Shown in pieces: positions 63,388 to 64,000 of a stretch of 64,000 nt of DNA. How positions within the stretch are numbered: the first letter of the stretch is position 1; each line of letters starts with the position of its first letter. Origin of the DNA: Enoplolaimus lenunculus (Eukaryota); contig JASANG010001107.1 of NCBI GenBank assembly GCA_030248215.1, positions 124,001-188,000 on the forward strand, in the 5' to 3' direction. The notes beneath the pieces are model-generated. The model had not been told where the DNA came from. It saw only the letters and a program-made list of their open reading frames with translations, and ran no database searches. Both the position numbers and the translations under genes were made by a program.

Positions 63388-64000
63388 AGAACCCTGCGAA
63401 TAACAATACTATTGTATATGTCGTAAAACAATCTCGAATCAAACTGCTTTACATTTCCTTTAAAAAAGGAGTTTTTACAATCGTTGCGGCATCATTCTGT
63501 TTCGCATGTCGCTGCACAGCCAAGTTGCTGTGCTCCATTTAAATAGTCGCTCACTATACTTAGTAAAATGGAGTATGCATCTCTCGCAAAGGCGCACACC
63601 TAAGTTTGCGAGACCAAAACCTGCCAAATACTGAAATCCCCAACCCTGTCCGGCTCCAGGTCCGGTAAATTACAATCCGTTTGCACAATCGCTCCACATG
63701 AGAATACCAAAAATATAAACGCACGTATGTATAGAAGAGAAAATAATTCAAGACAAAGTTTTAGACTTTTAGCGAAGGGTACTCCCTCATGAAGATTACC
63801 GAAGTAAAGTAGGCATAAATAACTACACTGCAAAGCTCAACGAATTCCCAATAAATACCGGTGCCGTATAGTTCGATATACAGTTCAGAAAGTTGCCACA
63901 ACACGATATTAAAGTAGTACCTGTTTCATCAAAAAGTTAAACTAAATCACGCTAATTTATTTCACACTACTGCAACAATACCTTATACATACTTTGTTTC

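Overview
Eukaryotic, AT-rich, spliceosomal-intron DNA. It is most likely a nematode, judging by TTTCAG-type acceptors and many interstitial TTAGGC arrays; the species cannot be identified from the sequence. Three protein-coding genes were reconstructed by hand. (1) A two-exon SLC22-family transporter on + (7390-10621). (2) An intronless DUF229 / alkaline-phosphatase-superfamily type II membrane protein on - (15311-18097). (3) A ~35-exon RRBP1(p180)/kinectin-family ER coiled-coil gene on - (61027 to ~33500). The third gene carries two foreign modules that are splice-phase compatible with the host exons. One is an alternative terminal exon encoding an AMPK-beta-type CBM48 glycogen-binding domain plus a candidate LIR motif. 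The other is an in-frame calmodulin N-lobe (two intact EF-hands) that retains calmodulin's 31-nt and 144-nt exon sizes. The two modules would be mutually exclusive. The non-coding DNA is dense in non-autonomous DNA transposons: hAT-like, piggyBac-like with Pol III A/B boxes, TTAGGC-carrying and foldback types, one with an inverted triplication. All splice models come from reading frame and GT-AG signals only and need RNA confirmation.
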